In this document: one piece after another, positions 1 through 11,802 of the stretch | Layout: each line of letters opens with the position of its first letter | Position numbering within the stretch: the stretch's first letter is position 1 | NCBI GenBank assembly: GCA_003568945.1 | Contig: BDIP01000088.1 | Location: forward strand, 1-32,233 | Source of the DNA: Kipferlia bialata | Lineage: Eukaryota | Direction of reading: 5' to 3' | DNA: 32,233 nt | Made by a program: the position numbers and the translations under genes | Notes under the pieces: generated by a model | Seen by the model: only the letters and a program-made list of their open reading frames with translations | What the model was told of the DNA's origin: nothing | The model's database searches: none

Positions 1-147
1 GCCCGCGGGCTACAATAAGGGTCCACCTCAAAACTCAGGGCTAAACGTATTTTCGCCGGCACCTTGGTTCGCTTCCCATCACCTCTTCACCCACTCTGCT
101 TTCACTGATAGAGGTGAGAACTAATCTTTTGCTCGGTCCTGTAGGAC

Positions 148-3134
148 ATGCGCGTCGTGTGCCATGTGCCATCGTCTCTGGTGTCTAGTGGCGTGTTGAG
201 TGTGCAGGACCACTCACTCTCTGTCAGGTAAGAGTGTTGTCATATGGTGGATATAGAACACCACTACATATTTCCTCAGACCGTCTGTATCATCCGTGCG
301 TGATTCGTGCGAGTGTCCCAGTCATTGTCTCCCACCCCCAGGCACAAGGGCAATATCATTGCTCACACTGAGATTGACGAGAGACTGTCTCTAGCCACCC
401 CGGGGGGCCTATTCTCTGGACTGCGTGCTGCTGTGACGCATGTGTGCAGCGGTGACTCTCTGACCTGCCTGGTACTGGCTGCGGAGCCCCAGACAGCTGT
501 GAGTGCCGTGGTGGGGGGCATAGGGGACGGGAAGGACCTAGTCTCCATGGTGGTCGGGGACATGATAGAACGTACGGTAGTTACACATCCACCAGTGTTG
601 ATAGCAGTGTATATGGGTTGTGTATGAGATCTGCAGTCTGTGACAGAGAGGAGTGTGACCTATCTATCCCTCTTCCCCCCCATTCTCATACTCACCCCCC
701 AGACCTGCGCTCTCTGACGTCCAAGGTGCTGAGACACTCTCTTGCCATATCCTGTGTGGGTGTGCGGGAGGGGGGCCTGTCGAAGGAGTCCCAGTACTAT
801 GACATCCTGGACCCAGGCCGCACCCCCTCCGTCCATCTAGGCCCCAGACGTACTAGGATCACAGACGTGACCAAGCTGGCCCTACACTCGGCGTCCATTG
901 ACGAGGGGGTGGGGGAGCGGGTGTCGGCTGCACTGGGGACGTCTGGGGTGAGTGTGGTAGTGGACGTGTGCGTGTCTGCCTTTGGCCTCAGGATGAAGGA
1001 GGGGGCAGACAGAGACGCAGGGGCGGCGGGTCTCGAGTGGACCCCCACCCGTGACTCCCACCTCAGGCTGTGCCTGGTGTCCCCGGATGCCCTTGAGTCC
1101 TTGGTCGATGTCCTGGGGGCCATAGCAGACAACGCCCCCTACGTGCCCTTCAGCGTGTGCCGCATAGCCCAGTTCCTGAGGCCTGAGCTGGACGGGGTGG
1201 TGCCCTGCCAGTGTGTGGCCCTGCTGCCATCCGAGACAGAGGGTGCCCTGCTGCTGTACGATGGCCTCAGGCTGTGCAGGAGCATGGGGGGGCAGAGCAC
1301 AAGGTATGCAGGGTGTGTGTGTTAGATATTAGCAGTTCTGTTCCCTCCTGCTGTTGTATATACCTCTTCGTGTCTGACCCAGGTTCACCAGGGCTGTTGG
1401 CAAGCAGGGCATGCGGAGCGCCACCAGTAGGAGGGTCAAGGAGGAACAGGTGGGTGCACTACTCTGGTCTGGATAGTGTGGCATCTATTGATTCATCAGT
1501 GTTTTACTATGTACTCATACTCACGTTCTTGTCCCGTCCTCACCCCCCAGGTCCTCAAGATGCTGAGGGATCTGGAGGAGGAGAAGGGCCGGCGGCGGAG
1601 ACAGGCTGCGCGTGTGATTGCCTCCCCCATGGCCTCTGGGGGCAGGGTCATGCACTCACCTGCACCTAGGGGGGAGGTGCTGTTTGCGTGTGACGATGAC
1701 GCCTTGGGCAGGTCACTTAAGGGCGAGAGGGACCTGTCCCACTCATTCCGCCAGGAACCCCCCTCTGCCTCTGCCTCTGCCTCCCAGAGTGACGCCCACC
1801 CCTCCACCCCTGGTGCCTCTGCAGTCAGTATCAGTATGAGGGCCAGGGGGCACGGCCAGAGCAGGGCCTCCCCGAGACCCACGTCGGCTGTGGCATCCCC
1901 TGCTGTTGGGTCCCCTAGACATCCGGACAGACACGCTGCCAAGGGGACCCCTGTTGCAGCTGCCCCCCCTGTGAGTGTGTGTGTGGAGTCACCCAGGAGG
2001 GGCATGGCAGGGGAGATTGACACTCTAGAGCGCAAGAGGGATGGCCTGCTGGGTCAGAGGCAGGGCCTGGAGGCTGAGACGGAGAAGGCCCAGGCCCTGC
2101 ACGAGAGACTGGTGCACTCGACAGAGAGACGGGCGGCCAGGATCAGTGCCCTTGAGAAGGAGCAACTGTCTCTGTCTCTGTCGGGTGCGGCCTCTACCAA
2201 GGAGGCCAGGTCTCACAAGAACAAGCACCCCAAGCGGGAGGGGCCAGACCTGTCGCACCTCAGCACCCAGCTGGTGGAGGTGGAGGCAGACATCGAGCGG
2301 CTGGAGCTGGCACTGCTGGCCATGCCCAGGAGAGGGGCAGGCCCTGCCACCCAGGCCTCCCCCCGGCACCGTGCAACCCCTGCCCACCACGAGAAGAGGG
2401 GGAGGGAGGGCATGGGCAAGAAGGGGAGGGAGGGGGACCAGGGGGCCAGTGCCGTCCCCACCCCCCTCCCTGCCGTGCCCCTCCCTGCCCCCCCTGTCTA
2501 TGTCACTGCAGAGACACAGACCGAGGGGGAGACTGCCGCATCTGGGCTGATGCGCCTGTACACTGCGTCCATGCGCAGTGTGGAGGAGAGGGAGCAGGAG
2601 CTGGCCCGGCTGACTGAGAGGCTGCAGGAGAGGTCCGGGGCAGCGGATGAGCGGGACCGGCTGCAGGCTGTGGTGTCGCATCTGGAGGAGGCCAGGGGGG
2701 AGGCCGCAGAGGAGCTGGAGGCGGTCGGGGCCAGCATCGCCAACTGCGTGCAGGCTCTAGCCACCCTCAATGCCCAGAAGGGACAACTGCAGAGGGAGAA
2801 CGGCGCCTTCAGGAGGAGGGTTGTGTCGATGCAGAAGGAGCTTGCTTCTATGCAACGCGAGACAGATGAGAGGGAGAGTGAATCATTCTCCCCAGAACAG
2901 CGGTCTCTCCTCATATCCACGATCAAGGTACACTCTATTTCTTGTATATACTAGGGCCAGAACCTGTGGATTGCCTTACTGTTCGATACTACATTACATA
3001 CAGTAGTTTATATCATTTCATATCCCTCTCACCCTCAGGAACTCCAGAGGCAGCTCAGCACCATGACCATGCGCGCCGCCTCTCTTGCAAATGAGAGAGA
3101 GCAGAGAGAGCCAACTCGGGAGGGGTCTGATTAA
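148..3134 (+). CDS. Divergent kinesin-like protein (probable pseudokinesin motor fold plus low-complexity linker and coiled-coil tail), 6 exons
   Basis: Phase-consistent exons 148-227, 342-571, 703-1303, 1383-1449, 1551-2927, 3039-3134 (TAA). Segments AAVTHVCSGDSLTCLVLA, DLVSMVVGDMIEHL, LAISCVGVREG..YYDILDP, HLRLCLVS and LESLVDVLGAIADNAPYVPFSVCRIAQFLRPELDG follow the kinesin motor motif order (PLVxxVLxGYNxTIFAY, GIIPR, VSYLEIYNE..DLL, LxLVDLAGSE, SLxxLGxVIxAL..HIPYRDSKLTRLLQDSLGG). The C-terminus is heptad-rich. Confidence 0.7.
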
Positions 3135-3505
3135 CCGATGTGTCACTGGGTCTGTCCTGTCATGTACCAATATTATTTTAGCGTAGAGGTCTTCTTACAT
3201 CGATACACTGATTCCAAACGGTTGCCATCATTGTATGTGCCGGTGTTTGCAGAACCTCAATAGAGTCTCCACGTGTCTTTGGGAATATCACGTAAGATGC
3301 AGGGTTATTATAGTGAGGGTGTGCATAAAGGAGGGATGAAGTGGATAGATGCGCCACTACCATAGAATGGATACCAGCGTCACAACTGAGTAATTTCCAT
3401 CGGATATCCGGAAGTTTTCCGAATATGCCCCTTTTTGGAAAAATACAATTGCGCCAAGAGAAACTCATAGAGGACTTCTCTCCTATGAAAAGCATCAGTA
3501 CCAGT

Positions 3506-4728
3506 ATGTCCACATTCACCTCCAAGCCCGAGAACCCCCTCTACCAGGGTTAGTACATGTGTAGTTGTCTATATTTGTTGTTTGTGTTATAAGCGGGGGA
3601 GTTTGAGTTGACTGAATGTTGATTTGTCTTTCAAGTCTGTTCCACATCCTGATATTCTGCAGTTGGGATCTTCATTTCGATGTATTTTGTTATTGGTGTA
3701 CAGTACTGTCTCAATGTCGTCGTTTTCTGTTTGTATCAGCTCGTCATACCCGAATATCAATCGCATATTTGAAGGTTGCCTCTTATTTTGGTATGATATT
3801 GTTGAGTTTCCAATTTCTGTCTCTCGCCCTGTCTCACGTCCAGAGCTCCTCCTTGAGGCCCTCTCCACCCTTCGCCGTGGATCCAAGGGTGTCTCTGCCG
3901 TTGCCACCAGGAACTGGTTCAACAACACATGCGACATCGACCACGACGGAGTTCTCCGCCTCATCAACGTCAACCTCCGTGCCATGGAGGTGGGTGATTG
4001 TATTCTGTGTCTTCCCTGTAAGTAGTGCTTTAGTACCATAGGTTTGGTTGATTCTTTTGTGTATTGGCCTCTAGTATCATATATTTGCTCGTCTCACACT
4101 GACTCGATTTGGATTGACCATTGGGATTTTTCCTGACAACTATTGTTGTGCATCATCTCACTTCAGGAGAACGACTTCGTTGAGCGCACTACCCCCATGA
4201 GATGGTGCCTCACTGCCAACGGCCGCAAGGTATGGACAATTGTTTCAAATGCAGATTTGGCGGCAACACATTTCTCTAATGTATTTTTGCATTGGTACTC
4301 TACCGCGAGTCTTATGTGTTCTCTTACCCGTAGGCCAGGGACAACCTCCGCAAGACCCCCGCCTTCAAGAAGTGGGCCAAGTGGATTGCCCTTGAGGAGT
4401 CTGAGCGCGAGGACCTCCTCGAGGAGTTTGAGGCCAACAAGGAGGCCAGGAAGGCCGCCCTCGTCAAGGTGTGTAGTGGGTGTGTTGTGTATCTCCTTAC
4501 AGTCTGGAGTACAGCCCTGACCCCCAGAAGGCCAAGGCCGCCAAGAAGGCCGCCAAGAAGACCCCCGCCAAGAAGGAGTCCAAGGGTGCCGCCAAGAAGA
4601 CCCCCGCTAAGAGGGCCCCTGCCAAGAAGACTCCCGCCAAGAAGGCCGACAAGCCCAAGACCAAGAAGAAGGCCCCCGCCAAGAAGGCCGGTGCCAAGAA
4701 GACCGCTGCCAAGAAGGGCAAGAAGTAA
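3506..4728 (+). CDS. Linker histone H1-like protein (H15 winged-helix domain plus K/A/P-rich tail), 5 exons
   Basis: Exons 3506-3548, 3844-3989, 4167-4229, 4334-4468, 4528-4728 join in frame to give MSTFTSKPENPLYQELLLEALSTLRRGSKGVSAVATRNWFNNTCDIDHDGVLRLINVNLRAMEENDFVERT..., resembling the H1 pattern HPxYxEMIxEAIxxLxERxGSSxxAIxKYI. The tail is KAKAAKKAAKKTPAKK...KKGKK. Strong C-ending codon bias suggests high expression. Confidence 0.8.
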
Positions 4729-5004
4729 GTGGTCCATTGTTGTGTCTGGCCCCGTGCAGTCAGTCTTGTGAGGAGTTTGTTTGTCCTCTCTTGTAACAGT
4801 GTCCCCAGTGTACGGTGTTTTGATGGGGTGGGTTTTTGGTTAGTTTTGTGTTCATAACTAAATGATGATTTAAGTGTGGGTAGTGTTGTGTGAGTTATAG
4901 TATGAATTGAGTGGCAACACTTGTGTCTACTCCTCTCAGAAGGAGTACATGAGTAGACCTAACAAGGTAAGAGCCCCGCACTGTAACTATGAGTCATTTA
5001 TGTG

Positions 5005-6413
5005 TCAGAGTGACTGTCTCTTTGCTTGCGGCCCCTTGGCGTCTCTGGCCGCCCTCTCCTCCAGCTCCCCCTTGATCACCGCCCTGAAGTCCGTTGTGAA
5101 CACAACCGCCTTGTAGAAGGTGTGGGCCGGGTTGGCGATGCCCTCGTAGTGGGCAGCAACGCGGTAGGGCTCCGAGTTGCGCTGCATCACGACGTACCAC
5201 CTGCCGTGCTTCCTGCTGAACTTCTGGTACACAGCTGCTATCTTGTCCAGACAGGGGTGGCACGGGATGTCCCGGGGGTCCGACAGGCCCTCTATATAGG
5301 GCATGCAGTAGCACAGACGGCCCCCCTCCCGCAGACACCTCGAGCTCTCATCCAACAAGCCCAGGAACACGTCTCTCTCCTTCTCCCCCCCTCTCTTCCC
5401 CTCCCTCACTCCGTATGGGGGGTCTGTGACCACGGCGTCGGCTGCTATTCTATCCCTGTAGGGCAGCTTGAACACATCGCCCTGGCAGATGGAGGTGCAG
5501 GGCAGGGAGTACTGTCTGAAGTTGTCCCAGGCCTTGACCCCGCCCTTGCCAGCTATCACCTTGGCCGAGGCCTCCGAGCCAAACACGTGGCACCCGGCAT
5601 GGGACGCAGCAACGCCGATACTGCCTGTCCCGAAGCAGGGCTCGAGCACCAGGGACCCCCTCCTGGCCTTGGTGGCATTGACCATGACTGCCGAGGCCAG
5701 GGGGTCCATGGAGGTGGGGCCAATGTGGGCACGCGTCTTGAGGGAGAGGTCCGAGATGGCACCCCGCCTCGAGTTGCCAATCCTCCAGCCCAGCACCGTG
5801 CACCTGAGCCTCCCCCCCTCCGGCAGCGGGATGGGTGTGTGGGAGATGGGGTCGGGGTGCAGGGCCTCCTTGGCTGCCAGGGACCGGGTGAAGGCAGCCT
5901 CAGCCTCGCCAAACTCCAGCAGCCGTGGGGTGTACCACACATCCCTTCTGATCGGGGCCTTGCACGTGGTGAAGTCAAGGTCCAGGATCTGGGGGGTCAG
6001 AGGGAGAGTGGTGCCAGTGTACTATAGGGTGGTAGAGGACCGGTCTCACCTCCACCCTCAGCACCCCTGGGGCATTGAAGTCCAGGGTGCTGTGGCCTAG
6101 CGGGTCAGGGCTCCCCATGCTCTGGATGAGAGTGCGCCAGGCGTGGATACGGCTGTGCCTTCCTGCCTCTCCGTCCTAGGAGTGAGTCGGGGAGTGTGGG
6201 GGACGAAAGTGGTACGTGATCAATAGAAGAGAGTACCTTCTTTGCCCTAAACCGGTGGATGGTCAGGTAGTGAGTCTTGGTGGCCCTGCATGTATCCACA
6301 AATAGAGGCAGCGTGTCTCGGCAGTACTGCACTGATGCATTGCAGGGCTCTCCAGCCTGGGCCTCTCTAATCATGTTCATAGCACCTGGCATCAGGGGGG
6401 AGAGGGGGGGGGG

Positions 6414-6448
<35 letters not shown>

Positions 6449-6712
6449 TGTATTCCCAAGAAAAGTGTCGTGGACGGTATAATACTGGAGAACAGTATCA
6501 CTGGAGAGTGGGGTTGCTCGGTGACCGGGATTGAGGATTGTTGTGAACATGTGTGTCAATCATCTGATAGTGAATGTTCAATGCCACCAATACTCAAACT
6601 GTCACAGCAATGATATACCTGAGGCTACTACAGACCTCTCTCTCCTGAGTCCCCTCTGTGTCAGATCCCACGCGCCAGTAAACCTGGACACAGAGAGAGA
6701 GAGTCTTGACAT
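5005..6712 (-). CDS. TRM11: tRNA (guanine-10-N2)-methyltransferase Trm11-like; assignment of the first exon uncertain
   Basis: Motifs IGPTSMDP, VLEPCFGTGSI (SAM motif I) and DAVVTDPPYGVRE are typical of Trm11. Phase-consistent exons 6712-6619, 6385-6237, 6175-6151, 6096-6050, 5988-5005. The first intron contains a homopolymer tract. Confidence 0.85.
6404..6446 (-). repeat. Intronic poly-C tract (poly-G on +)
   Basis: About 43-nt G run with one interruption. Confidence 0.95.
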
Positions 6713-6775
6713 GGCATAGGATCAAAGAAGTTGATATCTACACCCTTTCTTAACACTCTAAACAAAAATACAAAA
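6713..6775. promoter_or_regulatory. Putative compact bidirectional promoter
   Basis: About 63-bp AT-rich spacer between two divergent predicted ATGs. Both starts are inferred. Confidence 0.4.
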
Positions 6776-9700
6776 ATGGTGGCTACTGGTCTGTGACTTA
6801 AGGGTCAATATGTGACGAATCACTGACGCTCTCTCTCACATATAGCCGCAGCTAGCACTGTCAACAGGTAAGACTCCAACGAGAAGAGTGTATATGAGGG
6901 TCCCTCACACTCATAAATCTGTGTGATGATAGTATACATGGGTTCTTTGGGGTGTTACCTATCCCTATTAACTATTGGTGGCTATATATAGTGTCTGGCA
7001 TTGACTCTTGCTCTGTTCCCTTATACTGCACTACAATGAGTTACATGAGTGATATTCATCATCACACTTAATGTAGTGACCTTTAGAGTCGTATACGGCC
7101 TGTGGGCAAGTAGACACGTGGGAATATGGGCGTTGCTCATCAGGTGTATACCTATGTCTGATTGGGATCCAGTACGTATACATGTTGTGTCCACAATGAG
7201 TGGTAGGACTGGGTATATATATGTGTATCAGATATCCTGGTAGTATCCCTTTCTCTCCCTCTCTATCATAGACTCTATGACAACTGTCCCCCCCAGTACT
7301 CATCGGGCCTAATGGAAAGTGTTTGCATATGTATGACAGTCTCCCTGTATTACCTCCAGTTGATTGCACTGCTATGGCCCCCCCCACTCATCTACCCACA
7401 AAGGGTGCTGAGAGGGAGAGAGAGAGTGGGGACGTGGAGGATGCTGTGCCTGCGTTTCCAGACGACAGCCTCATATGCAAGTGGGTATATGTCTCTCTCT
7501 CCTGCTACACTCACGCCACCTCACTCTCTCCCCCGTCCATACACGCAATCTCTCCCACTAACCCTTCCTACTATATACATCTATATATATACATATGTAC
7601 CCTCCCCCGACCCTGCAGGTGTGAGAAGGTGACAGTGGCAGATGCACGAGTGGCCATCAGGGGCCTCATCCGGCAGATCCATCTGTCTCATGAGACAACC
7701 GGTCTCCCCATACCCCTAGGCCCCAAGGGCAGGGTGCTGATAGATGCCAATGCCCTCAAGGGAACAAGGCTCAGGATGGGGTGAGGCCCGTATATATTGT
7801 TAACAATTCCATCCCATCCATTGCTACTCCACCCCCTCTCTGACCCCTAGCCTCGGTGCCTGTAAGGGTGCCTGGTGTGGCAGACACCTGCCAGACCTGG
7901 TGTGGGAGGAGGGGGCTGAGGTGCGTATGGGTAACATAGGATAGTATACCACACTCTCTGTGGGAGTTCTCTCTTGCCCCTGACCTCCCAGATGGTGCCC
8001 TACACGCTTAGGCCTCTTACGGTCAAGTCGAACCGGATAGGTGGGGTTGTATTGTATACACTAGCAGGGGTCCATTTGAACACTCTGAACCCCAAAATAT
8101 ATACAGTAGTATGTGTGTGCAGTCTAGTTGTAATGTGTAGTTGTTGTCTCCCTAACCCAGGTGTATTGGCCGAGAGCCACAGTGAGGATGTGTGTCTGTC
8201 CAATAGAATGACCACCCCTGATGTCGAGTTATCAACAGGGTTCATGTCAGACCCCCTGCGCTTCCAGTCCACTCTCTACACCACAGGGCCTAGGATGTAC
8301 ACCCACACACCTGATGCAGACAGCACTGTGAGAGTGGATCAGCTAGAGGTTGTGGACACAGATGTGCTGATACTGGGGGCTGGGAGTGCAGGCCTAGGTA
8401 CAGACATACAATGAGTGACACTGCCCTCTGTCGTAGCAGATTAGTCTTGACACATACTGGTGTATATCTCACACTACTCCTTGTTACCCACACAGGCACT
8501 GCCGTAGCCTGTGCCAGACGTAACATGGCCCTAGAGGCAGCAGGAGCCATACCCCTTAGGGTCACCCTGCTAGATACACGGGCAGCATCGGGGCAGGTGG
8601 GGATTCCTATATATCTGTGACTGCTTCAAAAGTGCATCATGCCTCTGTAGCTACACGTCTATATAGATAACAGTGTATCCAACCCCAGGGCGACCAGAAG
8701 CATGCCATCGGTGGTGTCAGGAGTGCCATGTCTGATCCAGAGACTGTGCTATTGGTGTCAGAGAGCCAGAAGCACCTGTCTACGTGGAACACCAACCTGC
8801 TGCCACACGAGACAGAGACAGAGGTAGGTGTATGTACCAGTGAGGGGGTTGATGGATGAGTGAGATGCATTCCCGGATAGTCTCCCCTAGCACTGTGTGA
8901 TATAGTATAGACAGCCTGCCCCTGACCCCCCAGGCCGACATTGGGTGGGCACGCAGTGGATACATCTTCACAGCATATGGAGAGGAACAGAAGGCCACTC
9001 TGGAGAAGGTCATTAGAACACAGGTGACACAGTGTGTTGCAGTATTAGCTGTCTTATACATATACTATATATACTGTATAGACCCAACCCCCAGAAGTCC
9101 AATGCCGCTCTCGGCCTCCACCCCGAGACAGGTCTGGTGTGGGTGGATACAGAGACCATAGTGTCCCTTGTGCCAGGGATCAACACTGAGGGTCTGCTAG
9201 GGGGAGCATACAGCCCAAGAGACGGAGTGGCCAGTCCAATTAGGTAGGAGGGGTGTACACTGTACTCCGATGATCTACACCTTATACCTGTTATGTATAC
9301 ACACACCTTGTCTCACCCCAGGTGGGCTGTGTCTGCCACCAATAGGGCAGTGGGCGACCCATCCCTCACGCACTGCTCCCTTGTCACCTGTGCCCATGTG
9401 GTTAGGGTACTGGACTCAGAGGGGGAGGGAGAGGGGGAGAGGTGCAGGGTCCTGGTGAGGCTCAAGAGACGGGATGAGCAGGACATATACCAGGTGATGA
9501 GAGCCAACATATACTAATATTTATGTGTGTATGAACATGCCTCTCATCACCCCTCTTCCCTCTGACCCCAGGTCATCCGTGCCCAGTGTGTGATAGAGGC
9601 CCTAGGGGGTGCTGCCAACATAGTGCAGGAGAGGTCGGGGCTGGGGCTGCTGCAGATATTCCCAGACTCCCACGACGCCTTTGTCACAAGCAAGAGTACG

Positions 9701-10679
9701 TATATGTTCCTTAGGAGATACCAAGATCCTTCCCTTAGACATACCTACCCTCTCACCTCAGTCAAGGACGCCCCCTCTCTCCTCCAGGGCCAGAGGGCAG
9801 GCCCAGTGGTGATAGACCTGAGGCCGTCCTGCTCATTCGGCAGTGTGTACTGGTATGTGTGTATGAGTATATGTATATATGAGTATATATATACCTGTGG
9901 CCATCTGTAGCGTATGAGTCACTGAGAAGATGGCAGTACAATACCATATCTGCACCGAATGTGTGTCATCGTGTCTGGAACTACTATAACATATAGCACA
10001 GTTCTTTGACTCCCAGGTACATCACCCCCGAGGGCCAGATCATCATGTGTGGCACACCCAGGTAACAGAGACATGGCAGTAGAGCCCTCTCTTCACAATC
10101 AAGATACCTCTTAGTATCACGGTATATTACGCTATGGTTCCATCATACTTACTTCAGCCCCCCCCAGCCAGGCCTGGATGATGCCGGTTCATCCACCCAC
10201 CTGCCTGAGCTGTGTCAGAGACTGACCAACCAGACACCATACGCGTCAGCCCTCAGGGTATGTGACCTGCTATGTGACATGCTACTCACTATTTACCAAT
10301 ATCAACTATCTTGACCAACATTGACTATTGACCATCATTGACTATCAGGTCCACCGCCGATGGAGGGGTGTGTACCCCAACACGCCAGACGGCAAGCCAA
10401 TAGTGGGACCTGACCCCGAGAACCCTAGGCTGTTCCATGTCAATGGACTGGCAGGACATGGTATGTTACGCGATGGTTGACAATATTATATAAGTACACG
10501 AGGCTCTGATGTCAGGCTTCATGCTGAGTCTTGGCCTTGGTAGACTGGTGTGTGACGCAGTGTATGCCCAGATAGGGGCCGAGGACACAGGGAAGACCTT
10601 TGGGGAGGGAGAGAGAGAGAGGATACTGACAGCAATGAGGGTCAACAGAAACTACACTGGGAAGGAACTGCTGAAGTGA
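6776..10679 (+). CDS. BFD-like [2Fe-2S] domain fused to an FAD-dependent oxidoreductase (DAO / sarcosine oxidase beta / proline dehydrogenase beta family), many exons; start uncertain
   Basis: Spliced LICKCEKVTVADARVAIRG...DANALKGTRLRMGLGACKGAWCG (CxC...CxGxxC). This is followed by DVLILGAGSAGLG (FAD Rossmann motif) and the C-terminal WRGVYPNTPDGKPIVGPDPENPRLFHVNGLAGHGFMLSLGLGRLV. Stop TGA at 10677-10679. Confidence 0.85.
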
Positions 10680-11051
10680 GGACAGCCACGATTAGGGTAG
10701 CGGGAGTGTTTGTTTGTAACTTGCCACTGATGGGTGAGGATAAGTGAGGCGGTAGGTGCAGAGCATCAACCTGTGCCCACCTGTGTTAATGTGTACTGTA
10801 TGTGTACCTTGAGAGACTCTCAAGTTACCATCCACTGTAATATATGTACCAATCTGTATCGCTTGGGAAGAAGGTCACTACTTCTCCATTCACAGTTATC
10901 ATGCTCATTGTGTGAGTGTTTCTTTGATGAACCCATGTAAGATGCTAGACCCTTTACTCAAGTGACAAGTTTGACACAATTCGGTGCCAGTTGTGTGGAC
11001 TCTTTTGGTTCTCACAGTTGCGCAATCTCTTCAGTAATCGAATCATCAGCA

Positions 11052-11687
11052 ATGAGTAGCGTGTGTAACGTTAGGAAGGTATAGTGGGCAGAGGTATTAT
11101 TTGTAAGGTCAGTACTAGGGTGGATCCAGTCAGTGAAATTCTTCTGTCTCCGCCAATGACCCTAGAATATGCTAGCGAAGAGGGGCATACGCTCCTTCCA
11201 GCAATGGAATATGCGGAGTAACACTGTGTATATTGGCAGGTATGGGGACATCATATTGAAGCCGATATCCTATATGGAATCTGATCCACTTTTCCACATT
11301 CTCTCTGTGAAGCCCCCCCCCTCAACCCCAGAGACATGTCGAAGCACGTCCCAGGGGCTGTGGGGTCTAAGTGGGGAAACCCGTTCAGTGTAAAGGTATG
11401 CAGCATTTCGGTATATACGATGCCATACCATACACCAAATCCCCTTACCCGAGGAGTATGGTAGGGAGGGGTGCATTGCCAAGTACGAGGAGTATCTGAG
11501 GAGCAGGCCTGATCTGATGGCAGCACTACCAGGTACAACGGTATATCTCGTAGCTTCCACTACCACTCCCCCCCCTCACTCTGCAGAGCTAGACGGCATG
11601 GAGCTAGGCTGCTGGTGCCACCCCCAGGGGTGTCACGGGGATGTGCTGTGCAAGGTGTTGAAGGAGGTGAAGGAGCAGAAGAAATAG
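11052..11687 (+). CDS. DUF4326-family protein, 5 exons
   Basis: Spliced product MSSVCNVRKNMLAKRGIRSFQQWNMRSNTVYIGRDMSKHVPGAVGSKWGNPFSVKEYGREGCIAKYEEYLRSRPDLMAALPELDGMELGCWCHPQGCHGDVLCKVL... carries the VYIGR, SKWGNPF and LGCWCxPxxCHGDVL signature. Confidence 0.85.
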
Positions 11688-11802
11688 GACTGTGAATAGA
11701 AGCGATATGTCAAGTATCAGACATTCAGAGGGGAAGACACTTGTAGCACAACAGAGATAGAAGTTGTACACACTTCTATTCTTACACCACTACACGAGTG
11801 TA

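Noticed and set aside
114..144. Possible 31-nt 5' UTR intron upstream of the kinesin-like gene
   Set aside because: Much shorter than the other introns and lacks the local branch-acceptor motif, so it cannot be supported without cDNA.
3612..3660. Possible box C/D snoRNA in the long first H1 intron (ATGTTGA...CTGA with a short GAAT/ATTC stem)
   Set aside because: The C box is imperfect, the element is only about 45 nt, and no guide target can be verified.
5026..6100. Long + strand ORFs overlapping Trm11, and antisense ORFs over 1496-2926 and 4324-4737
   Set aside because: Shadow ORFs of GC3-rich coding exons with no recognisable motifs.
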